24,887 bases of DNA from Myxococcales bacterium (GCA_045863395.1 BTVJ01000101.1:1-24887), one strand, 5' to 3'; shown: positions 1 through 9,948, counted from the first letter of the stretch. Notes: a model not told the origin generated them from the sequence alone. Translations and numbers: made by a program.

Positions 1-2
1 GG

Positions 3-146
3 GGGACCACCGACGCAGGAGGGACCACCGACGCAGGGGGGACCACCGACGCAGGAGGGACCACCGACGCAGTGGGGACCGACGATACAGGAGGGACCGC
101 CGACGCGGGGGGGAGCACCGACGCAGGAGGGACCCCCGACGCTGGC
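3..146 (+). repeat. 18-bp coding tandem repeat, at least 8 units (gggaccaccgacgcagga, GTTDAG)
   Basis: Units start at 3, 21, 39, 57, 75, 93, 111, 129; the first four are nearly identical, later ones degenerate; array runs off the left edge. Confidence 0.95.
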
Positions 147-3100
147 GCCATCGACGACGCCGTCGCGGACACCGGCCCGGACACGGTCTCACCGGAGCCG
201 ACGCTCGCCGTGATCCTCCTGCCGCTGGCCCCGACGACGCTCGACGCGCTCGAGGCGACGCTGAGCGCCGACGGCCAGGCCGTCCCGCCTGGAGACGTCG
301 ACTGGTTCTGGACCCTGGACGGCGCCGCCGCAGGCGTCGACGGCCCGAGCGTCGCCGCGGGCCTGACCGTCCACGGCCAGACGTGGACAGTCTACGCACG
401 CCCCAGTGGCGCCACGCAGCCGTGGGCGTCGGTCTCTGTCGAGATCGCCAACTCTCCCCCGGTCCTGTCCGCCGTGACGCTCTCGCCCCCCACGGCGAAC
501 CGATCCGACACCGTGACCTGCGCCTGGGCCGCGCCTACGGACGCGGACGACGACCTGGTCGCCGTAGCCGTAGCGTGGATCCGCATCCGCGCCGGAGTCC
601 AGAAGACGCTACCCGGCTCAGAGGCCACGCGGCCGGCCGCCGACCTCCTCCCCGGAGACGCCATCGTCTGCGAGGCGACGCCCGCAGACCCGACGGACCT
701 GGGCACGCCAGTTCGCTCGGGGCCCGCACAGATCGTCAATCAGGCGCCGGTCGTCGGAACGGCCACGCTCGTGCCCGCCGTCGACCTGGGCGACTACGCG
801 CTCGTCTGCATCTACGACGGCGTCGCCGACCCGGACACCGACCTGGTGACGATCACGTACGCCTGGACGGCCGACGGCGTCCCGATCCCCGGCGCCCAGA
901 CGCTGCTGCTCACAGACCCGCCCGCCAACACGGACGTCCGCTGCGTCGTCACGCCCCACGACCCGTGGACCGCGGGGGCCCCCGTCACCTCGCCCCCCGT
1001 CCACGTGGCCCCGGTCCCGCCGGCCATCGACCTCGTCGACCTGGACGGCGGCTCGTATTGCCAGCCGTTCACCTGCATCATCACGCTGGTCGGCCCCGAG
1101 CCGCCCGACCTGGTTGTCGAGTACCACTGGACCGTGGGCGGCGTCGACGCCGGCGTCGACGGCGACACTCTCCCGGCTCACACCGCGACAGAGGGACAGA
1201 CAGTCCAGTGCCACGCGCGCGCTTCGGACGGCACCGTGGACGCCGCGGGCGCCCTCGTCTATGGCGAGGAGGCCGATTCCGACCTCGCCTTCGCCGCGGA
1301 TCTGCCGCCGTCCTTCGACGAGCCGGCGTCCATCCGCGAGCACGGCCGCTCGGGGGACGTCGCCACCTGCGCATTCTCCGTCAGCGACGACTGCTCCACG
1401 CCGAGCACCGTCATTCTCTGGAGCGTCGACGGCAAGACCCTGCCGTCCGAGCATGGCGTCACGCTGAAGATCCCGACGGCGCCGGCCGGCTCCGACGTCG
1501 CCTGCGCCGTGGTCGCGAGCGACGACACGCAGATCGCCCCGGTCGCGGTGTCCAACGTCCTCGAGCTGGCCGCCACGGACTTCAGCATCATCGGCGACAC
1601 CCTGGGCGCCCTGTTCGGCTTCGACGTGGCCGTCGTCCCAGACCTGGACGGAGACCACTTCGACGAGATCGCCATCGGCGCGCCGGGAGACGGCGCCGCG
1701 GCAGCCGCCCAAGCCGGCGCGCTGTTCCTCGTCGGCGGCCGTGACGACGTGGACCTTCTCGACCTGGCCGGCATCCGCGTCGGCATCGGCGGCCGCGCGA
1801 TCCTCAACGACTCGGGCAGCTACAACCTCACGAAACTCCTCTGCGGGCCGTACACATTCGGTGGAGGCTGCCCCATTCCCGCCGACCCCGGTCAGATCGA
1901 CGCGTACACCAAAGGCCCGGTCGGCGCGGCTCTCGGCCTCAGCGTCGCCTCCCCCGGCGACATCGACGGCGACGGCGTGGCGGACATCATCGTGTCCGCC
2001 CCCTACATGCTCGTCGGCAATGTCTACCGCGGCCGCACCTACGTCCTCTCGGGCGCGACGGCGCCGACCGTGCCGGACGTCCTCGGCAGCGCGGCCCTCG
2101 GCAACCTGGGCTACGTGTTCGACGGAGAGTGTGGGCGGCGCCTCACGGTCGACAAGGCCAAGGGGAGCAACTTCGCGTTGGACGGTGGCAACGGCGATCT
2201 CGCCGGCTTCAAGGTGGCCGCGCTGGGCGACGCCAACGGAGACGGCCTCGGCGACTTCGCCGTCTCTTCGGTCAACAGCGGCAACGTCGACGAGGGGACG
2301 ATCTACGTCGTCTACGGTCGCACGGACGGCGAGCGGGTGACCGGCAGCGACCTCTACACGCGCGGATGCTTCCCGAACGAGCCGGACGGTCCGGGCGCCG
2401 CGGCCGGCGTGGCCGGATTCGCGATGCTCGGCTACGACGCAGGCATCGGCGAGTCGAACTGGGGGCGCTCCATCGCGTCGGCCGGAGACTTCGACGGAGA
2501 CGGCTACGACGACGTCCTGCTCCATGCCCCGGGCCTCGGCGCCCCGCACTCCTACCTGGTGTTCGGCGGGCCGGTCGGAGCGACCGTGGACCTGAAGACC
2601 GCCGCGCCGCCCGCCGCGCTGAAGATCTGGCACGGCGACTTCAAGTACCACATGGGGACGGGCTTCACCGGACGCTTCGCGGGAGGCCTCCCGGCGGGCG
2701 GCGGCGGAGACGTCAACGGCGACGGCTACGACGACGTCGCGTTCCAGGTGGCCGACTTCGATCTGCCGGCAGGGCTGCTCGTCCTCCTCGGCTCGCCCGA
2801 CCGGGACGCCCTCGCCAACCTGGACCAGGCAGCCGACGGGTCCCGGGGCTTCGCCGTCGGTGGCGACACCAACGTCGACACGTTCCTCGGCGACGTCCAG
2901 ATTGTGGGGGACGTCAACGGAGACGGCTACGACGACGTCGCGATGGGCGTGCCGACCGAGAGCGGCGTGGGCCGCACCTACGTCGTCTTCGGGGCAGCGA
3001 CCGACCCGCAGGTGACCTTCAACGACCTGATCGCAGGCGATGGCGGCTTCGTCATCAACGGTATCGAGGCAGGCGAGAAGCTCGGCTGGTCCGTGGCGGG

Positions 3101-5591
3101 CGACGACATTGACGGCGACGGCCTCGCCGACATCATCGTCGGCGCCCCCTACGCCACGGTGAATGGCGTCCCGCGCGCGGGCCGCGTCGTCATCGCTTAT
3201 GGGCGCGACTTCAGCGGCGCAATCGACCAGTATGGGGCCCAGCTCGCGGACACGCTCCTCGGATCGACGGGGCCGGACTCGCTCGTCGGCGGCCAGGGAG
3301 ACGACATCCTCGTCGGCGGCGGCGGCGCGGACGTGCTCTACGGCGGCGCCGGCGACGACATCATCGAGGTGGGCGACGCGGGCTTCCGTCGCGTGCGGGG
3401 CGGCACTGGCGACGACACGCTGCGGCTCGGCGCGAGCATCGCCGCGTTCGACTTCGCGACCGTGGCCCGGCGAGTCGCGGACATCGAGCACATCGAGCTG
3501 CAAGGGCAGTCGCTGATCGTGAGCAGCGTCGGCGTGAACGGGCTCAGCACGACGAGCAACCGGCTCCTCGTCGACGGCGCGAGCGGCGAGGTCACGGCCC
3601 TCGAGGGTGACGCGTGGCTCGGAGACGGGTACGTCGAGAGCGGCGGCCTCACGTACCTGAAGCTCGTCGACGCCGTCACCGAGCTCTGGGTCGACACGCG
3701 CCTCGACACCGCAATCCCCCCGACGGCCAGCGATGTCGCCCTGGACGTCGCCGAGAACTCGCCGACCGGGACGGTGATCGGAGTGGTCCCCGCCACGGAC
3801 CCCGACGGAGACGACGGGAAGCTGACCTGGAGCATCGTCGCCCGCGAGGACGACGGAGCGCTGGAGGTCGGAGTGAGCTCCGGGCAGATCCGGGTCGCCG
3901 ACAGCTCGAAGCTGAACTACGAGCAAGGGCTCCACACGATGACGCTCGCGGTCGCCATCGCCGACGCGGACGGCCTGAAGCGGCAGGTCACCGTCACTGT
4001 CTCGGTGAAGGACGAGAACGAGCCGCCACACTTCCTCTACGCCAACCAGCTATGGAGCACCGAGGAGGGCGGGCAGTCCGACGACGTGATCGGATCGGTC
4101 TCCGCATTCGACGTCGACGCGGGTGAGGCGCTCGCTTTCGGCATCGTCGAGGACCTCGACGGCCTGTTCGAGATTGATGAGGTCACCGGAGCGGTCACGG
4201 TACAGGTGGGGAAGGCACTCGACTTCGAGACGGCGACGCTCCACACGCTGACCCTCTCGGTCACGGACTCCGGCGGGCTGACGGAGGAGTCGACGGTCAC
4301 CATTCAGGTGCTCGACCGCGAAGCCATCGAGAAGCACGTGACGCTGACGGCCACGCTCCGCGACTGGGCGCTGCGAAAGGACAAGGAGGCGAGCGACTTC
4401 GACATCATCAACGACTTCCCGACCACGCCTGGGGGTCTGGCGCTCTTCTGCCTGGAGTGGTACGCCATGGGCGAGTCCGCGCAGCACGAGCTGTGGCCCG
4501 GGTTCCCGTCGGTCGGATTCCCGCCGATCACCATCCCCCCGTTCTCGTTCACCATCAGCTCGGCGGGGACCATCTGCGCCTACATTGGAATCGCGTACGA
4601 CACGGGCCGCTTCAACGCCGACGTGCCGGTCACGATCGACCTGTCGTTCCCCGACGAGATCACGCCGGGGAGCGTAGTCGAGCTGTCGACGAGCTACACA
4701 ATCCCAACCGATGGCAGCGCCATGTGGGGGAACACACCGAAGCTGGAGGTCAAGGGAGGGCTGGAGGCAACGGACGTGTCCATGGTGGCCGAGTACTGTC
4801 ATGGCCCTGGGCTCTCCCAGTGTGACGACCTCGTGAACCAGCCGAACCCGAAGAGCGAGGCCTGGAGTGACAGCTTCAAGCTGAAGCCTGCGAGCTGGAA
4901 CGCGCCGATCTCGGGCGATGGCGCCACCTGGTCCGCGGAGACACCCGAGCCGGTGCATGTCGACACGGCCGACTTCCAGATCCCCTGGGACGAGCTGGTC
5001 TTCTCCCTGCTGAAGACGCTGGGGCTCCCGGCCAACGAGGGGCAGCTCGCGAAGTCGGGGGAGGGTGACGACTTCTCGATGTACGTCGATTACATCGCGT
5101 TCAAGCAGGAGCTGGTCTACATCCTGAAGTCCAAGTGGGAGTTCGACTTGAAGGTCCAAGGGTTTACGGTGGTCGTCGTGCTCGAGGACGAGTCAATCCA
5201 GACGTTTCCCCTCGGCACCATCGGCCAGATAGTGCTCCCGCCTGCCGGGGGCCAGGTCTACGACGACGGGCTGGTCGGAATCTCCATCTCCATCGTGCCG
5301 ACGGCGCACTTCAAGGCCCACCAGTGGTTGGACCAGACCGTCGGGGTGACCACCACCGTCGGCAGCGTCACGCTGACGGCTCTCGACAACGCCACGAACA
5401 AGGTCCTGCTCCAACGCGAAGCGGGCCCGATCTTCGACGACCTGTGCACCATCCAGACGGTGTCCCAGACCGGCGGCGGTCTCGCCATGGGGTGCCTCAC
5501 CGGCAAAGACGACTATGTCTACGAGTTCGACGTGACGGGCTTCCAGACGCCCGTGCTCCATGGCGCCATCGACGTGATGACGGGGAATTAG
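3..5591 (+). CDS. Giant secreted/surface adhesin-like protein (5'-partial): GTTDAG linker, Cys-containing Ig-like repeats, FG-GAP/integrin-alpha-like beta-propeller, RTX-type Ca-binding nonapeptides, two cadherin domains, unknown C-terminal domain
   Basis: Frame is open from base 3, so GTG 72 lies inside the repeat and is not the real start. Ig-like N.PP..V...C...D.D.D...W modules ~200-1570; repeated GD(V/I/F)(N/D)GDG.DD...GAP motifs ~1580-3210; GGQGDDILV-GGGGADVLY-GGAGDDIIE ~3290-3370; cadherin signatures VAENS, ATDPDGD, LNYE, DENEPP, LDFE ~3716-4322. Confidence 0.9.
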   Translation, partial: GTTDAGGTTDAGGTTDAGGTTDAVGTDDTGGTADAGGSTDAGGTPDAGAIDDAVADTGPDTVSPEPTLAVILLPLAPTTLDALEATLSADGQAVPPGDVDWFWTLDGAAAGVDGPSVAAGLTVHGQTWTVYARPSGATQPWASVSVEIANSPPVLSAVTLSPPTANRSDTVTCAWAAPTDADDDLVAVAVAWIRIRAGVQKTLPGSEATRPAADLLPGDAIVCEATPADPTDLGTPVRSGPAQIVNQAPVVGTATLVPAVDLGDYALVCIYDGVADPDTDLVTITYAWTADGVPIPGAQTLLLTDPPANTDVRCVVTPHDPWTAGAPVTSPPVHVAPVPPAIDLVDLDGGSYCQPFTCIITLVGPEPPDLVVEYHWTVGGVDAGVDGDTLPAHTATEGQTVQCHARASDGTVDAAGALVYGEEADSDLAFAADLPPSFDEPASIREHGRSGDVATCAFSVSDDCSTPSTVILWSVDGKTLPSEHGVTLKIPTAPAGSDVACAVVASDDTQIAPVAVSNVLELAATDFSIIGDTLGALFGFDVAVVPDLDGDHFDEIAIGAPGDGAAAAAQAGALFLVGGRDDVDLLDLAGIRVGIGGRAILNDSGSYNLTKLLCGPYTFGGGCPIPADPGQIDAYTKGPVGAALGLSVASPGDIDGDGVADIIVSAPYMLVGNVYRGRTYVLSGATAPTVPDVLGSAALGNLGYVFDGECGRRLTVDKAKGSNFALDGGNGDLAGFKVAALGDANGDGLGDFAVSSVNSGNVDEGTIYVVYGRTDGERVTGSDLYTRGCFPNEPDGPGAAAGVAGFAMLGYDAGIGESNWGRSIASAGDFDGDGYDDVLLHAPGLGAPHSYLVFGGPVGATVDLKTAAPPAALKIWHGDFKYHMGTGFTGRFAGGLPAGGGGDVNGDGYDDVAFQVADFDLPAGLLVLLGSPDRDALANLDQAADGSRGFAVGGDTNVDTFLGDVQIVGDVNGDGYDDVAMGVPTESGVGRTYVVFGAATDPQVTFNDLIAGDGGFVINGIEAGEKLGWSVAGDDIDGDGLADIIVGAPYATVNGVPRAGRVVIAYGRDFSGAIDQYGAQLADTLLGSTGPDSLVGGQGDDILVGGGGADVLYGGAGDDIIEVGDAGFRRVRGGTGDDTLRLGASIAAFDFATVARRVADIEHIELQGQSLIVSSVGVNGLSTTSNRLLVDGASGEVTALEGDAWLGDGYVESGGLTYLKLVDAVTELWVDTRLDTAIPPTASDVALDVAENSPTGTVIGVVPATDPDGDDGKLTWSIVAREDDGALEVGVSSGQIRVADSSKLNYEQGLHTMTLAVAIADADGLKRQVTVTVSVKDENEPPHFLYANQLWSTEEGGQSDDVIGSVSAFDVDAGEALAFGIVEDLDGLFEIDEVTGAVTVQVGKALDFETATLHTLTLSVTDSGGLTEESTVTIQVLDREAIEKHVTLTATLRDWALRKDKEASDFDIINDFPTTPGGLALFCLEWYAMGESAQHELWPGFPSVGFPPITIPPFSFTISSAGTICAYIGIAYDTGRFNADVPVTIDLSFPDEITPGSVVELSTSYTIPTDGSAMWGNTPKLEVKGGLEATDVSMVAEYCHGPGLSQCDDLVNQPNPKSEAWSDSFKLKPASWNAPISGDGATWSAETPEPVHVDTADFQIPWDELVFSLLKTLGLPANEGQLAKSGEGDDFSMYVDYIAFKQELVYILKSKWEFDLKVQGFTVVVVLEDESIQTFPLGTIGQIVLPPAGGQVYDDGLVGISISIVPTAHFKAHQWLDQTVGVTTTVGSVTLTALDNATNKVLLQREAGPIFDDLCTIQTVSQTGGGLAMGCLTGKDDYVYEFDVTGFQTPVLHGAIDVMTGN

Positions 5592-5594
5592 ACC

Positions 5595-8500
5595 ATGAAT
5601 GCTCGCTTCGCCGCACTGTCCGCCCTGATCGGTGTGGTGCTCGGTGCGCTGGCTCCCGGGGCCCGCGCCAACCCACCTCTGTTCGCAGAGGGGGCCGGCA
5701 TCCTCCCAATGGCCGACACCATCGCCCAGATCGCGGTCGTGGACGTCGACCGCGACGGGGACCCCGACGTCGCGATCTGCCACTCCGAAGGACTGTCGTG
5801 GGCGCAGAACACCGGCCTCGGCTGGGTCGAGCACCCGGTCGTCCCGCAGGTGGAGCTCGGGGCGTGCTTCGCGATGGACGTGGCGGACTTCAATCGCGAC
5901 GGCAGGGTCGACATCGCCGTCGTCGCCCAGATTTGGGGTGGCGTGGTCTACCAGGAGGGAGTGGGAGACACGTGGGTGCTGAACCTGATCGATCCCGACG
6001 GTATTGGAGGCTACAACCGGCTTGCAGCCGCCGACGAGCTGCGCGACGGCGGCGTCGACGTCTTCGTCCTGAGCAAGGACGCCAGCAGGATCAAGTTCAT
6101 CGAAAACACCGGCGAGAGGCACAACTGGACCAAGCCGACGGGCCCGGTGACGACGTCGGTCCATGGACTTGCGCTCACTGTCGCGGACATCACCGGCGAC
6201 AGCATCCCTGACGTCTTGACGACGGGAGCGTCGTCGCTCGGGTTCACCTACTACGTCTCCAACGGCACCACCTGGTCTCCAACGACGGTCCTTGCCAGCC
6301 CGGCAGTGCAGGTCGACGACATCGCCGTGGGCGATCTCGATGGAGACGGGCGCCCCGACGTCGCGGTGGCCGGATCGACCGGGCTGGCCTGGAGCCAAAG
6401 CGTGGGCGGGACGTTTCCGAGCCTGTCGGCGCCGTTCGCACCGGCCGCGACGTCCGTGATGGCGCTGGCCGACATCGACCAGGACGGCGTCCTGGACGTC
6501 CTGCACGTCGAGGGCCCGGCGGGCCTCCGGATGTTCTCCCTGCACGGGGGGCAGTGGCAGACGCGGCCGCTCGGCGCCTCGAACACGGAGAGCCCGGTGG
6601 ACATCGTGGCGGCGGACTTCGACCGGGACGGCGATCTCGACGTCGTCGTGGCCGCGCCGGATGGCCTGCACATTCATTACAATCTCACGGTGCACGCCGC
6701 CGCGCGGACCACGCGCACCCAGAACGTGCCGGGGACGTTCGCGGGCGTCGACTTCGTGGCGGCGGGAGACTTCGACCGGGACGGCGACCAGGATCTCGTC
6801 GTGTCCAGCAACACGGGCTCCAACACCCGACTCGTCACGGGGGCGTCCGGCGCCTTCGGCGTCGCGGGCGTCGTCTGGAGCGGCAGGCTCCGGGGTGAGG
6901 GCGTGTCCGTGGACTTCGACAGAGACGGGGACCTGGACGTCGTCGGCTGCACGGACGCAGGCGTCGCGTGGCTACGGAACATCGGGACTCTGCCGTGGAC
7001 GGCGCAGACCACCTCGTTCACGGGGAAGTGCCAGCTCGCGGTGGGCGACGTGGACCGGGACGGCGACCCGGACGTGGTGGTCGGCTCGCCCGACACGGGC
7101 GCGCTCCGGTGGATCGAGAATGCCGGCTGGGGCACGTCGCTCGTCACCCACATGATCGACGCGACGTTCAGCGGGTTTCGGGAGCTGGCGCTGGCCGATG
7201 TGGACCGGAACGGCTCGCCCGACGTCGTGGTGTCCCAGTACAGCGGGACCTCCGAGCAGGTGGCGTGGTACGCCAACTCGGGCGACGGAGCCTCCTGGGT
7301 GCGCTACCAGATCACGATCCCCGACGGGCCCGCTTCGCTGACGGCCGGCGACCTGAACGGCGACGGAGTCGTGGAGGTCGCAGTCGTCGGGGGGGGCATG
7401 GCCTGGGTCGTTGCCCCCGGCGGTGATCCGACCAGTGAATGGATGGAGGTGGTGGGCTTCTCCTCAGAGTCGCGGCTGGCACTGGGAATCCCCATGGACC
7501 TCGACTTCGACGGGACCCTGGACTGGACCGCGCCGCGGACCGGCTTCATGGGGTGGATGACCCTCGACGGAGAGTCGGTCACCGCCGGGGCCGCGACGAA
7601 CGTCGCCGCGAGCGCGCTCGAGGATCTGGACGACGACGGGGACCTCGACCTCGTTGCGGCGATCCCGGGGGAGAACCGCGTTGCCCTCTGGTTCGACGAC
7701 CGGGAGTCTGTGCGGATTGAGACGATGAGCGTCGGCGCGCCGGGGTCCCTCCGCCCGGCGCCGTACGAACCGCTGCCGTCGCTTGAGCTCCTGGTCACGC
7801 ATGCCGGACAGCCGGAGGACCTGCCCATCGAGCTCCTCTCATGCGGTCTGACGGCCGATCGGGGCGGAGTCGCGCTGACCCCCACGGAGCTGGCGTCGCT
7901 TGTCACGCTCACGCTCGCCCACGGCGCGAGTGGTGGAGGCGACCCGGGTGAGCCTCCCCTCGCCCTCACCACCGTGATCGACGGCGAGAAGCTCCGCTTC
8001 GAGCTTCCGATCGGCGGAGTCGTGGTAGAGCCTGGCGTGGAGGCGTATGTCCTGAACGTCGAGCTGGGGATTGGCTCGTTTGCCGGGAAGCCTCCCGTAT
8101 ACCTGAACCTTCACTGGAACGGAGACTGCGCGGTGGGGACGGCCGGCACGGAGGACGGCCCCATCACCCGGGTCACGCACGGAGCTGCAACGTCCGCGGC
8201 ACTCACAATCGGAAACACCCTGCTCCTGCCGGGCCCCGTCGGGGCGACGATCCTGCCCGGAGGGACGGCGAGCTGGGACCCACTTCTCGGCTCCATCGAC
8301 CCGGACGGCGACCCACTCTCGTACGTGGGCCTCGTCTCGAACCCGTCTCACGGCACGCTCACGGACGGCGACGGTGTCATCGAGTACGTGAACGCCGGCG
8401 ATGGGGCGAAGCTCGACGTCTTCGTCTATGCGCTGACGGACGGCATCGAGGAGGTCTGGGCGCTCGGAGTCGTCAAGGTCGTCCCGGCTCCGGCGCCGCC

Positions 8501-9389
8501 CTTCGCGACAGACTCCCAAGGAACGACCCTGGAGGACAGGCCGGTCTTCCTCACGCTGAAAGGCGGCTCGACCATCGGCGCGCCGACCTTCGTCGTGGTC
8601 ACCGCTCCGACGCACGGAGCCCTCGTCGTGATGAACGCGAAGACCGGGCTGGTCCGATACACGCCAGACCCGAACTACACCGGGCCGGACTCCTTCACGT
8701 TCCAGGTGACCGACGGAACCGAGACATCGCCGGTGGCGTCCGTCTCACTCACGGTGCTGGAGTCCGAGTTCGACGACGACGACGGCGACGGGCTGGGCGA
8801 TTGGTACGACAACTGCCGAGAGGTCGCAAACCCGGCGCAGGAGAATCTCGACCACGACGCCATGGGAGACGCCTGCGACGCGGACCGCGACGGCGATGGC
8901 GCACCGGACGCCGAAGACGTATGCCCGTCCGTCTTCGACCCCAGGCAGGCGAGCCACGACGGCGACGGGCTGGGCGACGCCTGCGATGACGACGACGATG
9001 GCGACGGCGTGGTTGATGCAGCCGACGTCTGCCCGTGGGACGTGGACGCCGGTCAGGAGGACCTCGACGGTGACGGTCTCGGCGACGCGTGCGACTCGGA
9101 TGCCGACGGCGACTTGATCGACGACGACATTGACGTCTGCCCCGGGGTGCCCGACCATGCGCAGCGTGACCGTGACGGCGACGGACTTGGTAACGCCTGT
9201 GATGAAGACGACGACGGAGACGGCGTAGCCGACGCGGAAGACGTCTGCCCATGGGTCGCGGATCCTGGACAGGAGGACGCGGACGGCGATGGGGTCGGCG
9301 ACGCGTGCGAGCCGCCGAGCGCGCCGCCACGACCGGCGCCGGGCCCCGTCGGCGCCCCGAGCCCGGAGGGCACGCCGTCTCGCGGATAG
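5595..9389 (+). CDS. Secreted FG-GAP/VCBS-repeat protein with two Ig-like (Big_9/cadherin-like) domains and C-terminal thrombospondin type-3 repeats
   Basis: Sec signal peptide MNARFAALSALIGVVLGALAPGARA; many D(F/V)DRDGD.D motifs; IDPDGD.L...P.HG and YTPDPNYTGPDSFTFQVTDG; D.CP....P.Q.D.DGDG.GDACD repeats ~8770-9312; starts 3 nt after the upstream stop. Confidence 0.92.
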   Translation: MNARFAALSALIGVVLGALAPGARANPPLFAEGAGILPMADTIAQIAVVDVDRDGDPDVAICHSEGLSWAQNTGLGWVEHPVVPQVELGACFAMDVADFNRDGRVDIAVVAQIWGGVVYQEGVGDTWVLNLIDPDGIGGYNRLAAADELRDGGVDVFVLSKDASRIKFIENTGERHNWTKPTGPVTTSVHGLALTVADITGDSIPDVLTTGASSLGFTYYVSNGTTWSPTTVLASPAVQVDDIAVGDLDGDGRPDVAVAGSTGLAWSQSVGGTFPSLSAPFAPAATSVMALADIDQDGVLDVLHVEGPAGLRMFSLHGGQWQTRPLGASNTESPVDIVAADFDRDGDLDVVVAAPDGLHIHYNLTVHAAARTTRTQNVPGTFAGVDFVAAGDFDRDGDQDLVVSSNTGSNTRLVTGASGAFGVAGVVWSGRLRGEGVSVDFDRDGDLDVVGCTDAGVAWLRNIGTLPWTAQTTSFTGKCQLAVGDVDRDGDPDVVVGSPDTGALRWIENAGWGTSLVTHMIDATFSGFRELALADVDRNGSPDVVVSQYSGTSEQVAWYANSGDGASWVRYQITIPDGPASLTAGDLNGDGVVEVAVVGGGMAWVVAPGGDPTSEWMEVVGFSSESRLALGIPMDLDFDGTLDWTAPRTGFMGWMTLDGESVTAGAATNVAASALEDLDDDGDLDLVAAIPGENRVALWFDDRESVRIETMSVGAPGSLRPAPYEPLPSLELLVTHAGQPEDLPIELLSCGLTADRGGVALTPTELASLVTLTLAHGASGGGDPGEPPLALTTVIDGEKLRFELPIGGVVVEPGVEAYVLNVELGIGSFAGKPPVYLNLHWNGDCAVGTAGTEDGPITRVTHGAATSAALTIGNTLLLPGPVGATILPGGTASWDPLLGSIDPDGDPLSYVGLVSNPSHGTLTDGDGVIEYVNAGDGAKLDVFVYALTDGIEEVWALGVVKVVPAPAPPFATDSQGTTLEDRPVFLTLKGGSTIGAPTFVVVTAPTHGALVVMNAKTGLVRYTPDPNYTGPDSFTFQVTDGTETSPVASVSLTVLESEFDDDDGDGLGDWYDNCREVANPAQENLDHDAMGDACDADRDGDGAPDAEDVCPSVFDPRQASHDGDGLGDACDDDDDGDGVVDAADVCPWDVDAGQEDLDGDGLGDACDSDADGDLIDDDIDVCPGVPDHAQRDRDGDGLGNACDEDDDGDGVADAEDVCPWVADPGQEDADGDGVGDACEPPSAPPRPAPGPVGAPSPEGTPSRG

Positions 9390-9417
9390 AGAGCCTGTGA
9401 TCGCTGACTCGAGGATT

Positions 9418-9474
9418 GGGGTCGGCGGCGGCCGGAGGCAGGCTCGTGGCCCGCCGAGGACCGCCGCCGACCCC
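9418..9474. terminator. 14-bp perfect inverted repeat between convergent genes (possible bidirectional terminator or REP-like hairpin)
   Basis: ggggtcggcggcgg (9418-9431) and ccgccgccgacccc (9461-9474), 29-nt loop, no U-tract. Confidence 0.55.
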
Positions 9475-9515
9475 GCGATGCATGCAGCGGTTTCGCAGGG
9501 TTGGCCGCTGCCGAA

Positions 9516-9770
9516 CTATTCGGTGCTGCTCTTGCCGATGCACGCGGCGGCGATGTCGCACGTTCCCGCCTTGGCCATGCAGTTGATGGTGGTCTGATTG
9601 GACTGGGAGACGGCGTCCTCGCAGGCAGCCTTGACCTTCGACAGGCTCGCGTTGCCTGCGCAGACGTCCTTGGCATTGGCGCACGCGTCATCCGCGGTGG
9701 AGTCGGCCTCGCAGGCAGACAGGGCGGCAGAGAAGCTGATGACGGCAAAGAGCGTGACAACGAAGCGCAT
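9516..9770 (-). CDS. Small Cys-rich lipoprotein (84 aa)
   Basis: ATG at 9770 preceded by AGGAGGT (9783-9777); MRFVVTLFAVISFSAALSA-C lipobox; six further Cys in the mature part. Confidence 0.85.
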   Translation of the reverse strand: MRFVVTLFAVISFSAALSACEADSTADDACANAKDVCAGNASLSKVKAACEDAVSQSNQTTINCMAKAGTCDIAAACIGKSSTE

Positions 9771-9880
9771 GAACGGACCTCCTGAGGATTTGTGACAGCC
9801 GAAGTCGTGAATTGACCGACGAGTGAACCGTGCGGGCGCCATGCCCGCTCGTCCGGTTGAACAACACCGAGCGGGTCCGT

Positions 9881-9896
9881 AGCACGTTCTGTGCCA
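9881..9896 (-). promoter_or_regulatory. sigma54 (-24/-12) promoter for the small lipoprotein gene
   Basis: Minus strand reads TGGCACAGAACGTGCT (GG-N10-GC spacing); predicted TSS ~9870, ~100 nt before the ATG. Confidence 0.75.
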
Positions 9897-9948
9897 CGCA
9901 CAGAGCTGCCAAAGCAGGCGCAAGTCCATACGCATGAGGGCCGGCCAA

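Noticed and set aside
1..146. Repeat array as a CRISPR
   Set aside because: Units are contiguous 18-mers with no spacers, in frame within a CDS, and no cas genes are present
9812..9827. ttgaccgacgagtgaa as a further palindrome copy
   Set aside because: Only one good half-site and it lies downstream of the predicted TSS; too weak to call
9897..9911. Second sigma54-like motif TGGCAGCTCTGTGC on the minus strand
   Set aside because: GG-N9-GC spacing; sigma54 needs N10
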